A DNA stretch of 64,000 nt from an uncultured Desulfobacter sp. (GTDB lineage: Bacteria > Desulfobacterota > Desulfobacteria > Desulfobacterales > Desulfobacteraceae), in assembly GCA_963665095.1 (NCBI GenBank), contig OY762069.1, forward strand, positions 6,688,001-6,752,000, written 5' to 3'. Shown here one piece after another: positions 29,671-41,865 of this stretch. The stretch's first letter is position 1; each line of letters begins with the position of its first letter. The position numbers and the translations under genes are program-made. The notes beneath the pieces were generated by a model. The model ran no database searches. It worked only from the letters and a program-made list of their open reading frames with translations, and was not told the origin of the DNA.

Positions 29671-30225
29671 ATGGACGAAAAAAAAGTACCCCGGGCCAAG
29701 GCGGTCTGGCTGGACCAGGGCTTGAAAATTCTTGAACAGGAGGGACCTTCCGCTTTATCCATTGATAACCTGGCAACGGCCATTGGAAAAACCAAGGGTT
29801 CTTTTTATTTTCACTTTAAAAACAGAGACGGGTTTATTTTGGATTTGCTTGATTATTTCATGTCGTTATATCCTATTACCCTTTTGGAGAGGAGCAACGG
29901 GCCTGAAGACACCCGGACTTACGTGAATACGTTGCGGGAGCAGGCGTTCAATGTGCCTTCCGGGCTTGAAATTGCCATCAGGGCATGGTCCCAGCACAAT
30001 GAGCTTGTTAAATCATTCCAGGACCGTATGGACCGCAACAGGCTTGCCTTTTCACATCAGAATTATATCAATGCCGGATATGATGAAGACCTGGCGCGCA
30101 TTAAATCCTATCGGGCTTATGCTATATATATTGGATTGCAGCAGCTTCGCAGCCTTCATACCCCGGAGCAGTTTAAAGCGATATCCGAGGCGGTGTTTCT
30201 GCCTATCGGTGGTGATATTGATTGA
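29671..30225 (+). CDS. TetR/AcrR-family regulator
   Basis: HTH: EGPSALSIDNLATAIGKTKGSFYFHFKNRD. Confidence 0.9.
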   Translation: MDEKKVPRAKAVWLDQGLKILEQEGPSALSIDNLATAIGKTKGSFYFHFKNRDGFILDLLDYFMSLYPITLLERSNGPEDTRTYVNTLREQAFNVPSGLEIAIRAWSQHNELVKSFQDRMDRNRLAFSHQNYINAGYDEDLARIKSYRAYAIYIGLQQLRSLHTPEQFKAISEAVFLPIGGDID

Positions 30226-30278
30226 TTTGCTCTTTTGCCAGGCAGACTGAACAGATCTGGTTTGATTCTTTTTGGGTA

Positions 30279-30992
30279 TTAATTCTCTTTTTTAAAATAG
30301 AGTACCAGGCTTTTGCCGAGAACCGGGTTCAGCAAACGGTCAACAAAGGTCGTCAACGCCGGCTTTTTCATTAGATCCCATACCAGAAGCCTGTGATATA
30401 GATTGACTGCCTGGGAATCCGTGCGGGTGGGACCCACAAAACATTTAAGCCACCAATAGGGGCTGTGGATGCTGTGGGCGTAATGGCATCCTAAATATTG
30501 GGGGCCTCGGGTCTGGATTTTTTCAATAATCTCTTTTTTGTTGTAAATTCTTACATGGCCCATATTGGCGTTAAAATATTCATCTGACAGCTGCCAGCAG
30601 ATCCATTCGGGCCAGGTCCTTGGAACGCTTACAGCCAGCATTTTTCCTGGCTTGACAATGCGGACCAGTTCAGAAATGGCCTGGTTGTCGTCCGGGATAT
30701 GCTCCAGAACTTCCGAGCAGATCACCACATCAAAACTGTTATCTTCAAAAGGAAGCGCGGTAATATCCATGGCGGAAAGTCCCCACCCCCGGCAGGAAAG
30801 ATCATCTATGGCCTGGTGGAATTCCAGTTTCCCCTTTGTTGTGACCAGATTTTCGTACCCGAAATCTGCGCCAATGCAGACGGTATCAGATTCCTGACAG
30901 GCTCTGATGGTATGGCGCCCTTCGCCGCAGCCAATGTCAAGTACCCGGTCGCCGGGACAGATACCCAGGCGGTTAAAGTCCATGGTAATCAT
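30279..30992 (-). CDS. Class I SAM-dependent methyltransferase
   Basis: VLDIGCGEG, LPFEDNSFDVVICSEVLEH, RIVKPG. Confidence 0.9.
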   Translation of the reverse strand: MITMDFNRLGICPGDRVLDIGCGEGRHTIRACQESDTVCIGADFGYENLVTTKGKLEFHQAIDDLSCRGWGLSAMDITALPFEDNSFDVVICSEVLEHIPDDNQAISELVRIVKPGKMLAVSVPRTWPEWICWQLSDEYFNANMGHVRIYNKKEIIEKIQTRGPQYLGCHYAHSIHSPYWWLKCFVGPTRTDSQAVNLYHRLLVWDLMKKPALTTFVDRLLNPVLGKSLVLYFKKEN

Positions 30993-32226
30993 TTATCACC
31001 TCCTGGTATACCCGGGCGGTGCGCATGGCGCATTTTTCCCAGGTGAATTCCGTTGTAACCCGGTCATAGCCCCTGCTGGCCAGGTCCTCCCTTTGTTTTT
31101 CATCCTCCAGCAGCTCAATGATGGCCTGTTCCAGGGCCCTGGCATCCCCGGGCGGCACCAGCTTTGCTGCATCTCCTGCCACCTCGGGAAGGGCTCCGCC
31201 TGTTGTGGAAATTACCGGAACCCGGCAGGCCATGGCCTCACCCACAGGCAGGCCGAATCCCTCGTACAGGGACGGTACCACTGCTATCTGGGCTTTGGCA
31301 TATTCCCGGACAAACCGCTCATGGTCAATGCGGCCGGTGAAGTTGATATGGCGGCCAAGGTCCAGCTTTTTGACCAGCTTTTCAATGCCGCCGTCTTTTT
31401 TGGGGGTGCCGATGACTGTTAAAGAGACATCCCGCTTCTGCACCACCCCTTTAAGGGCGTGAAGCAGGTGGTACAGACCTTTCAGGGGCATGTCCGCACT
31501 GTTGGTTACAATCAGGCGGCCAGGCACTTTTTTAACGTGGTCCAGCGGGAAAAAATTATCCAGGTCAATACCAATGGGGATGGTTCTAAACCGGGATTCA
31601 GGAATATTAAACTCCTTTGATATATCCTTTTTTGAACTGTTGGAGACAGTGATGATGGCTGGGATTTTTCTGGCCACCCGTTTCTGCATGCCAATAAAGG
31701 AGTACCAGCGCAGGGCTTTGAGTTTCCTGTAAAATGACCGGGTGCTTTTGACGGCCAGGCGCCGGTCCACCGTCATAGGGTGGTGAATGGTGGCCGTCAC
31801 CGGCAGTTCCCTGGCAAGGCCAAGTATGCCATAGGAGAGGCACTGGTTGTCATGGATGATATCATAACTTCTGGTCCGGCCCTTCATGAACCGTTTGACC
31901 CGCATGCCAAAGGTCATGGGTTCGGCATAACCCATGGCGGAGATATCCAGCCATTCAATGAGGTTGACCGGGTCTTTCAGCTCTGCGGATCTGGGCGTTC
32001 TGAACAGATCATTTGCATTGTACAGATCCAGGGTCTCAAGCATGGTCAGTTTAACGCTGGCATGAACAAGGGGATCCGGAGGGCCGGCAATCACCTCCAC
32101 CTGGTGTCCGAGATCTGAAAGTGCGTGGCTCAAGTGCCGGATATAGACACCCTGGCCCCCGCAATGAGGGTTGGACCGGTAGGAGATCAGTCCAATACGT
32201 AAACCTGTTTTGTGGAATGTATTCAT
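30973..32226 (-). CDS. Glycosyltransferase family 4 (GT-B)
   Basis: SYRSNPHCGGQGVY; KG; VPSLYEGFGLPVGEAMAC (Ex7E). Confidence 0.9.
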   Translation of the reverse strand: MNTFHKTGLRIGLISYRSNPHCGGQGVYIRHLSHALSDLGHQVEVIAGPPDPLVHASVKLTMLETLDLYNANDLFRTPRSAELKDPVNLIEWLDISAMGYAEPMTFGMRVKRFMKGRTRSYDIIHDNQCLSYGILGLARELPVTATIHHPMTVDRRLAVKSTRSFYRKLKALRWYSFIGMQKRVARKIPAIITVSNSSKKDISKEFNIPESRFRTIPIGIDLDNFFPLDHVKKVPGRLIVTNSADMPLKGLYHLLHALKGVVQKRDVSLTVIGTPKKDGGIEKLVKKLDLGRHINFTGRIDHERFVREYAKAQIAVVPSLYEGFGLPVGEAMACRVPVISTTGGALPEVAGDAAKLVPPGDARALEQAIIELLEDEKQREDLASRGYDRVTTEFTWEKCAMRTARVYQEVINDYHGL

Positions 32227-32237
32227 GGGTGGTTAAG

Positions 32238-32313
32238 TGGTACGCCCGGCTGGAATCGAACCAGCGATCTTCAGCTTCGGAGGCTGACGTGCTATCCACT
32301 GCACTACGGGCGC
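32238..32313 (-). tRNA. tRNA-Arg(CCG)
   Basis: 76 nt GCGCCCG...CGGGCGTACCA; anticodon arm TCAGC-CTCCGAA-GCTGA; T-loop GTTCGATTC; encoded CCA. Confidence 0.95.
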
Positions 32314-32344
32314 TTAGCTTAAAAGTAAACGCTGTTATACCATA

Positions 32345-33652
32345 TTAATTAATAAAATCCATATCAAATTTTTCTTTGGCCTCTCCTGCCACATAAAGCG
32401 ACCCGGCAATACATACAGCATCTTCTGTGCAAGTTGTTGAAATCGCGTGTGTTACCGCCTGCTTGACATCCCCGATCACTTCTATGGGGCCTTGGAATAT
32501 TTTTTGGACGGCAGACACCAGGATTTCAGGGTCAAGGCTTCTGTTTATTTTGGGCCTGGTAATAATGACTCTGTGGGCCCGGGGCAGCAGGTTGGCCAGC
32601 ATTGCCTCATAGGGTTTGTCATCCAGAATGCCGATGACAAATGTCAGTTTCCGGTCCTCCAAGGTATCATTGAGATATTTTGCCAGAAGGGCAGACGCCT
32701 TAAGGTTGTGGGCTCCGTCCAGGATAACCAGGGGTGCTTCCATGATTTTTTCCAGGCGGCCCGGCCATCTGACTTTTTCAAGGCCCTTGTGTACCAGTTG
32801 CGGGGTCAGTTCATACCGTGGATCCGTCCCCTTTTTCCTGTCAAAGATCAGCTCGCAGGCCGCCAGGGCAAGAGATAGGTTCTCCCGCTGGTGATCCCCG
32901 GGCAGCGGTTTTTTAACGTGCCTGAACTCCTGATGGATTCCCTGATAGTTGAATACCGGCAGTCCTGGCATTTTGCGGATGGAAAAATCCTTTTTAAAGC
33001 AGTACAGATTCGCATCTTTTTCTTTGGCTCTCTTTTGGAGAACCGCAAGGCCGGATGGCTGGGATACAGCTGTGACCACAGGAATGCCGGGCTTAATGAT
33101 TCCGCCTTTTTCCCGGGCCAGATCTTTAATGGTATGGCCTAAATAGTCTGTATGTTCAATGGAGAGATTGGTAATCACACTGACCTCAGGCGTGACAATG
33201 TTGGTGGCATCAAACCTGCCGCCCATGCCGGTTTCAATCACGGCCCACTCCACCTTTTCCTTGGCAAAATGGTAAAAGGCCATGGCTGTTGCAATTTCAA
33301 AAAAGGTGGCCTGACGGGGGCCGGTGTCCTGGGTGTTGACGGCATCATACGCGTTGACCACATCCTCATCGCTGATCTGCTGCCCGTCCACACAGATCCG
33401 CTCATTGAAACGAACCAGGTGGGGGCTGGTGTAAACACCGGTTTTGAACCCGGCAGCATTGAGGATACAGGCAATGGCAGTGGCTGTGGAGCCTTTGCCG
33501 TTGGTACCGGCAACATGAACTATATGATACTGCTTATGGGGATCGTTCAGAGAGGAAAGAATATTTAAAATGGTATCCAGTTCCAGCTTGATACCAAACC
33601 GCCCCAGTGCGTAAATCCGTTCCAGGCACTGGTCATAAGAGGTGTTTGCCAT
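32345..33652 (-). CDS. folC: Folylpolyglutamate synthase/dihydrofolate synthase
   Basis: HVAGTNGKGST, YTSPHL..FNERI, ETGMGGRFDATN, WPGRLE, LDGAHN, GSLY. Confidence 0.95.
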   Translation of the reverse strand: MANTSYDQCLERIYALGRFGIKLELDTILNILSSLNDPHKQYHIVHVAGTNGKGSTATAIACILNAAGFKTGVYTSPHLVRFNERICVDGQQISDEDVVNAYDAVNTQDTGPRQATFFEIATAMAFYHFAKEKVEWAVIETGMGGRFDATNIVTPEVSVITNLSIEHTDYLGHTIKDLAREKGGIIKPGIPVVTAVSQPSGLAVLQKRAKEKDANLYCFKKDFSIRKMPGLPVFNYQGIHQEFRHVKKPLPGDHQRENLSLALAACELIFDRKKGTDPRYELTPQLVHKGLEKVRWPGRLEKIMEAPLVILDGAHNLKASALLAKYLNDTLEDRKLTFVIGILDDKPYEAMLANLLPRAHRVIITRPKINRSLDPEILVSAVQKIFQGPIEVIGDVKQAVTHAISTTCTEDAVCIAGSLYVAGEAKEKFDMDFIN

Positions 33653-33665
33653 GGGCGTTATCCAT

Positions 33666-33709
33666 AAAAAAACCCGGCATATCAGATTAAATTAAACTGA
33701 CACGCCGGG
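33666..33709 (-). terminator. Intrinsic terminator after rpsU
   Basis: CCCGGC...GCCGGG stem followed by T7 on the minus strand. Confidence 0.65.
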
Positions 33710-33723
33710 CAGATTCAACTGCG

Positions 33724-33933
33724 TTAGCTACGTCTTCTACGTGATCTTGAGGCGGCAATTCTTTGTCTTCTCATTGCCTCTCTCATCTTACGTCTTCTGT
33801 ACTGACAAGGTTTTTCAAAGTGTTTTTTTACCTTAAGACGTTTGAACAGGCCGTCATTCTGGATTTTTTTCTTCAGAATGCGTAACGCTTTTTCAACGTC
33901 GTTGTCAATAACTGTGACAGTAATCTCTTTCAA
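33724..33933 (-). CDS. rpsU: 30S ribosomal protein S21
   Basis: DVEKALRILKKK...HFEKP; basic 69 aa. Confidence 0.9.
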   Translation of the reverse strand: MKEITVTVIDNDVEKALRILKKKIQNDGLFKRLKVKKHFEKPCQYRRRKMREAMRRQRIAASRSRRRRS

Positions 33934-34192
33934 GTAGCATCGCCCCTTTCAAATTGGATTTAAATATAGAATATTTATAACCGGACTTTTTACCAAATTG
34001 CCTTAGCTAAGGCAAGAAAAAAATGTCAGCCTCAGCTTCTTTTTTGGATCAGCTGAGAAAAATTTTAATCCCCAGAATATTCAGTCTTGAAACGTTGACA
34101 AGTCTTGGCAGGCCGTATATTCAAAATATCCATCAGGTCTGCTGGCATGGGGTGTTTTGTGCCAGTGGTCCACCAATAAAGGATGGGGATCA

Positions 34193-34669
34193 ATGATAGA
34201 GGTGAATACAGCTGGAAAACTTGAAGAACGCCTGAGGCATATGTGCCGGAATGCGAAAAATAGTGGTTTAGACCAGCTGTCCGGGGAAGAGGTGGCATAT
34301 ATCTCAGGGTTGGAGGATGCACTGGAACTTGTTTGTCTTTACCGGCAGCAACGCGCGGATGTGGAGGATGCAATTGAGGAAACTGCTGAAAACCAGCCTG
34401 ATGCTACGGGTGCTGTTAAGCTATTTCAGATGTCTGCGGAACAGGTGGCAGCACTCAACCTGGATGCACAGGATGAGGCATGTCTGGATTCATTTTCACA
34501 GGAAGAACTGGTTGAGGCGGCTTTCAGGTTTGAAAATGAACTCGTGTCCTGTCTGGAGGATGCAAACTGTATAGCGTGGGAAGTCTATGCTGGTTTGACA
34601 CCCGGGGAGCTAATAAAAGTGGTCAGCAGATCTGTTTCAGATATCTGCAAATATACGGGTAAAGGATAA
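34193..34669 (+). CDS. Hypothetical acidic protein
   Basis: 158-aa ORF with GGGG RBS and upstream TTGACA; no motif recognised. Confidence 0.55.
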   Translation: MIEVNTAGKLEERLRHMCRNAKNSGLDQLSGEEVAYISGLEDALELVCLYRQQRADVEDAIEETAENQPDATGAVKLFQMSAEQVAALNLDAQDEACLDSFSQEELVEAAFRFENELVSCLEDANCIAWEVYAGLTPGELIKVVSRSVSDICKYTGKG

Positions 34670-34674
34670 AGTAT

Positions 34675-34923
34675 ATGGCGGAAACAAATGAAAATCAGAC
34701 AGGATTAAAATCAGAATCAGACCTTCAGCAGTTTGTCAGGTCTTCAGCTGCCGCTGCTGAGCAGCAGGATGAAAATCAGGGCTATTTCAATGCTATGTCA
34801 TGGCTGGATATGATGCTTGAAGATCATCCTCATATGTTTGATGAGTTTTTTGATAAATCGTGGTATGAACTTTCCGAATGTGAACAGAGTTTACGCTTAA
34901 TACAGATTCGTAAAGTTCTGTAA
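34675..34923 (+). CDS. Small hypothetical acidic protein
   Basis: AAGGA RBS, 5 nt after the previous stop. Confidence 0.5.
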   Translation: MAETNENQTGLKSESDLQQFVRSSAAAAEQQDENQGYFNAMSWLDMMLEDHPHMFDEFFDKSWYELSECEQSLRLIQIRKVL

Positions 34924-35096
34924 CCCAAGCAGCATTTTCCTCTATTGAGCAGTATTTTTTGTTATTTCGATCAAGCATGCCGGGCATTTTTATTAAGCCC
35001 GGGCTAACTCATTTTTCACATACCGGTAAATTTCAGTCTTATATTTATGATGAAAGTTCATAACCTGGTTACAAGTAGCGTTGGAAGGATAGCAAC

Positions 35097-36266
35097 ATGC
35101 AGTTTGCACAAAGGATCGCCTCTTTAAAATCCGAGGGGGCTTACAAAGTCCTGGAAAGCGCCCGAAACCTTGAAGCCGGGGGCAGATCCATTATCCACCT
35201 TGAGATAGGGCAGCCCGGGTTTGGTACGTTTGCACATATCTCCCAGGCTGGTATCCAGTCGATTCAGGATGGTCACACCCGGTACAATCCGCCTTCAGGG
35301 CTTCCGGAACTGCGCCAGGCCATTGCCGAAGATGCAGGCGCCAGGAGAGGAATAACGATTCTGCCCGAGCAGGTGGTGGTTGCACCGGGTGCCAAGCCTG
35401 GATTATTTTTTCCCACCCTTGCAGTGGTTGAGCCCGGGGATGAAGTCCTGTACCCGGATCCGGGATTCCCTACATATCCCGCCATGATTATGGCCGCAGG
35501 CGGCATCCCGGTACCAGTCCCCCTGGATGAGAAAAAAGGATTTTCCTTTGACCTGGATGCGTTTAATTCACTGATTTCCCGCAGGACAAAGATGATCATT
35601 CTCAATTCGCCGGGCAATCCAACAGGAGGCCTCATGCCTGTTAAGGATCTAGAATCGGTGGCCGGCGCTGCCGAGCGGCACGATTGCTGGGTGATGTCCG
35701 ATGAAATTTATTCCCGTCTTATCTTTGATCAAGTCCCCTCTTTCAGTATTGCAAGTCTTCCAGGGATGGAAAAGCGTACCATCATCGTGGATGGATTTTC
35801 AAAGACTTACGCCATGACGGGCTGGCGGCTCGGGTACATGATCACCCCCGAACCCCTGGCACGTCGTCTGGACCTTTTGATGACACATGCTGTGGGGTGT
35901 ACCGCCTCATTTACTCAGATGGCAGGGATTAAAGCCATAAATGGAGATCAGGCTCTGGTGGACAACGCATTGAACGAATATCAGAAGAAGAGGGATTTAA
36001 TGGTGGAAGGACTGAATACGATTCCCGGAGTTTCGTGCCAGTCCCCCGGCGGCACTTTTTATGCCTTTCCCAATATAAAGGAAACAGGTTTCACCTCAGC
36101 GGATCTTGCCATGGAACTGCTTGATAAGACAGGGGTGGCCTGTCTGTCAGGAACGGATTTCGGCAAAAATGGGGAAGGGTACCTCCGGTTGTGTTATGCG
36201 GGCTCTCCACAGGATATCACCATGGCAATAGACCGGATTTCTGATTGGTTTAAAAAACGAAACTAA
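35097..36266 (+). CDS. PLP-dependent aminotransferase class I/II (AspC-like)
   Basis: LEIGQP, NSPGNPTG, SDEIY, GFSKTYAMTGWRLG. Confidence 0.92.
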   Translation: MQFAQRIASLKSEGAYKVLESARNLEAGGRSIIHLEIGQPGFGTFAHISQAGIQSIQDGHTRYNPPSGLPELRQAIAEDAGARRGITILPEQVVVAPGAKPGLFFPTLAVVEPGDEVLYPDPGFPTYPAMIMAAGGIPVPVPLDEKKGFSFDLDAFNSLISRRTKMIILNSPGNPTGGLMPVKDLESVAGAAERHDCWVMSDEIYSRLIFDQVPSFSIASLPGMEKRTIIVDGFSKTYAMTGWRLGYMITPEPLARRLDLLMTHAVGCTASFTQMAGIKAINGDQALVDNALNEYQKKRDLMVEGLNTIPGVSCQSPGGTFYAFPNIKETGFTSADLAMELLDKTGVACLSGTDFGKNGEGYLRLCYAGSPQDITMAIDRISDWFKKRN

Positions 36267-36315
36267 CCAGGGCAAGTTCTGTTTACAACCTGGTTGATGG
36301 CAACGTATTGGGAAG

Positions 36316-36342
36316 GGCCCGGGCGTTATCAACACCCGGGCC
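36316..36342. terminator. Hairpin between convergent aminotransferase and adk
   Basis: CCCGGGCGTT-ATC-AACACCCGGG stem. Confidence 0.45.
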
Positions 36343-36350
36343 AGAGCATA

Positions 36351-37019
36351 TTACAGCTTGGAGATCAACTCTGCAGTGACATCAGGAAGGGCCTGTTCGC
36401 CGTTCAAGGTAACATATTTGAATGGGGCGTCTGCCTGATCTCTGAAATAGTAGGCAGAGGCCAAGGTGCCGGTATCTGTGTCATAGTAAATGTCGTGACG
36501 TTTGTTTATGGCCGCTTCATCCTGGTCATCGGCACGGGTGCTCAGTGCGCCGCCGCATACCCGGCATTTGTCTCCGTCCGGTTTGATGGCGTCAATAAAA
36601 ATGTTGTTGGGATGGTTGTTGTCATTTTCGCAAAGGCGTCTGCCCATAATTCTGTTTTTGGCAATTTCACGGTCCAGCAGCATTTCGATAACATAGTCAA
36701 GTTTGATGCCCTGCTCGTTGAGTGCGGCATGCAGTTTTTCAGACTGAACTTTATTTCTCGGGAAACCGTCCAGCAGCCAGCCCTTTTTACAGTCATCCTG
36801 TTTGATGCGGTCCACCATCATGGGGATGGTGATTTCATCAGGCACCAGGTCGCCCTTATCAATATATTCCTTGGCTTTTTTGCCAAGTTCGGTACCGCCT
36901 TTGATATTGTCGCGGAAAATCGCACCGGATTCCACATGGGCAATATTGTATTTGTCTTTCAGGATCTTACCCTGGGTGCCTTTGCCGCTGCCGTTGGGGC
37001 CGAAAAATAAAATGTTCAT
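36351..37019 (-). CDS. adk: Adenylate kinase (metal-binding LID type)
   Basis: FGPNGSGKGTQ, LLDGFPR; LID C-x5-H-x15-C-x2-C; ATG 37019 after AAGGAG. Confidence 0.95.
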   Translation of the reverse strand: MNILFFGPNGSGKGTQGKILKDKYNIAHVESGAIFRDNIKGGTELGKKAKEYIDKGDLVPDEITIPMMVDRIKQDDCKKGWLLDGFPRNKVQSEKLHAALNEQGIKLDYVIEMLLDREIAKNRIMGRRLCENDNNHPNNIFIDAIKPDGDKCRVCGGALSTRADDQDEAAINKRHDIYYDTDTGTLASAYYFRDQADAPFKYVTLNGEQALPDVTAELISKL

Positions 37020-37270
37020 GTTTACTCCTTGAATGGGTTTATATTCATGTCCATCCGGGACATGTCCGGTAATCATAAAAATATTTAAAGATAATTATCA
37101 GAAAATCTTAATATAAGACTGCCTTTTTTTTGTCAAGGTTTCAGCCATTCCAAAAATTTTTGCCAAGTTTTTGTACTGCATTTCCGGCAGCCGGGTGAAG
37201 ACAATAAACTGCAAGGGAATATTCTGCTTCCATTAATAAGTGATAAAGCAATAACCCGGTGTCAAATTAA

Positions 37271-38662
<1,392 letters not shown>

Positions 38663-38755
38663 TTTAACCAGACGTGTTCATGCGCAAAAATATGTTCATT
38701 ATTTTCCGGTTGACCTCAAGTTATATTTATCTGGGATTTACTTATCTTAAATGAT

Positions 38756-38798
38756 AAAGGTGAGGTGTTTGTGTCGCAAATACCTCACCTTTTTATTT
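38756..38798 (+). terminator. Intrinsic terminator after eno
   Basis: 16-bp stem AAAGGTGAGGTGTTTG / CAAATACCTCACCTTT followed by TTATTT. Confidence 0.75.
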
Positions 38799-38999
38799 GA
38801 GGTAGCCGGTATGTTATTTGCAACTACTTCTGTCAGGCAGACACATTTTTCCCCGGTCTGCCGGACAGAATTATTTGATTTAGAGCTTAAAATTTTACAG
38901 GATCCTGATGTCCCAAATGCCGGGGCCTGTCCTGCGGATACTTTTAACAAAGGGCTTGGAGAGGCTGGAACGTTGGCAGTGGTAATTTCAGCAGATTAA

Positions 39000-40666
<1,667 letters not shown>

Positions 40667-40667
<1 letters not shown>

Positions 40668-41296
40668 TGAAAAAAGGAATTAACTTGGAAGAGCTTGTTG
40701 CCATTGAAAGTACCGATGCCCGGCTGGAGGGATGCCTGAACCGGAAAAATGCCGGTAAGGCTGTGGTGCTGACCCACCCCCATCCCCTTTACGGTGGAAA
40801 CATGGACAACTCTGTGGTCAATCAGATGGCAGCAGCCTTCCAGGCAGCAGGTTTTACTACACTGCGGTTTAATTTCAGGGGTACGGGTAAAAGTTCCGGT
40901 ACGTTTGACAACGGCAACGGTGAACAGGAAGATGTTCTGGCTGCCATGGATTTTCTCTCCAATGCCGGCTATGAACAAGTCTGTCTTGCCGGATACTCCT
41001 TTGGCTCCTGGGTTAATGCCCATGTGGTCTGCAGCGGGGCAAAGGTGTGTGATCATATCATGGTGTCGCCGCCTGCGGCATTTATTAGCTTTGAAACAGT
41101 AGCGCAACTGCCTTATACCGGGCTGATCATTACCGGTGAAAATGATGATATTGCCCCTCCGTCTCTGGTAAACAGCCTTGTGTCGCGCTGGAAGATCTCC
41201 CCGCGTGTGGAGATCATCGAAAATGGTGACCACTTTTATTCAGCACATGCACTGGGACAGCTTGGGCAGATTTTGACCAGCTACTTGAACGCTTAG
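40667..41296 (+). CDS. Alpha/beta hydrolase
   Basis: HPHPLYGGNMDN, RFNFRG, GYSFG nucleophile elbow, DHF. Confidence 0.88.
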
Positions 41297-41322
41297 CAGC
41301 TAATTGGTATAGAGAATTCAAT

Positions 41323-41793
41323 TTGGACCAGATCGATAAAAAAATTTTAAAGATCCTCCAGGAAAACGGGAAAATCACCAATGCCAAGTTGTCCCGTATG
41401 GTGGGTATTTCTGCGCCCGCCACCCTGGAGCGGGTCAAGCGGCTGGAAACAAGTGGCGTCATTTCCCATTTTACCGCCGTGGTGGACCCTGAAAAGGTGG
41501 GATTTACCATCATGGCCATTGTCAGCATCTCTTTAAGTTTAAGCAAGCTGAGCTCAATCCCCGAAATTAAAGCGAAATTTGCAGAGCTTGAAGAGGTGGT
41601 GGAGTGCTACCAGATTGCCGGTGCCCATGATTTTATTCTGAAGGTCATTGCCGAAGATATCAAATCCTATGCACAGTTTATGAACCACAAATTGACCAAA
41701 ATCCAGGGTATCCAGAGTATCCAGTCCTCCTTTGTCATTGACAGCCTTAAGGATAAGAAGATTCTGTTTCTGGATCCGGAGGATGGCGCCTGA
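41323..41793 (+). CDS. Lrp/AsnC-family regulator
   Basis: DQIDKKILKILQENGKITNAKLS...ERVKRLE; ECYQIAGAHDF. Confidence 0.92.
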   Translation: MDQIDKKILKILQENGKITNAKLSRMVGISAPATLERVKRLETSGVISHFTAVVDPEKVGFTIMAIVSISLSLSKLSSIPEIKAKFAELEEVVECYQIAGAHDFILKVIAEDIKSYAQFMNHKLTKIQGIQSIQSSFVIDSLKDKKILFLDPEDGA

Positions 41794-41865
41794 CATATTT
41801 CCGGCTGCACGTCCACTGAATACTTTAACTCCATGTGATTACGGTCTGAACTCTCCCCTTTTGTT

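Noticed and set aside
36294..37010. 238-aa ORF antisense to adk (and similar shadows over dsrK, eno, livH and the DAHP synthase)
   Set aside because: Antisense shadows of conserved genes with no independent evidence.
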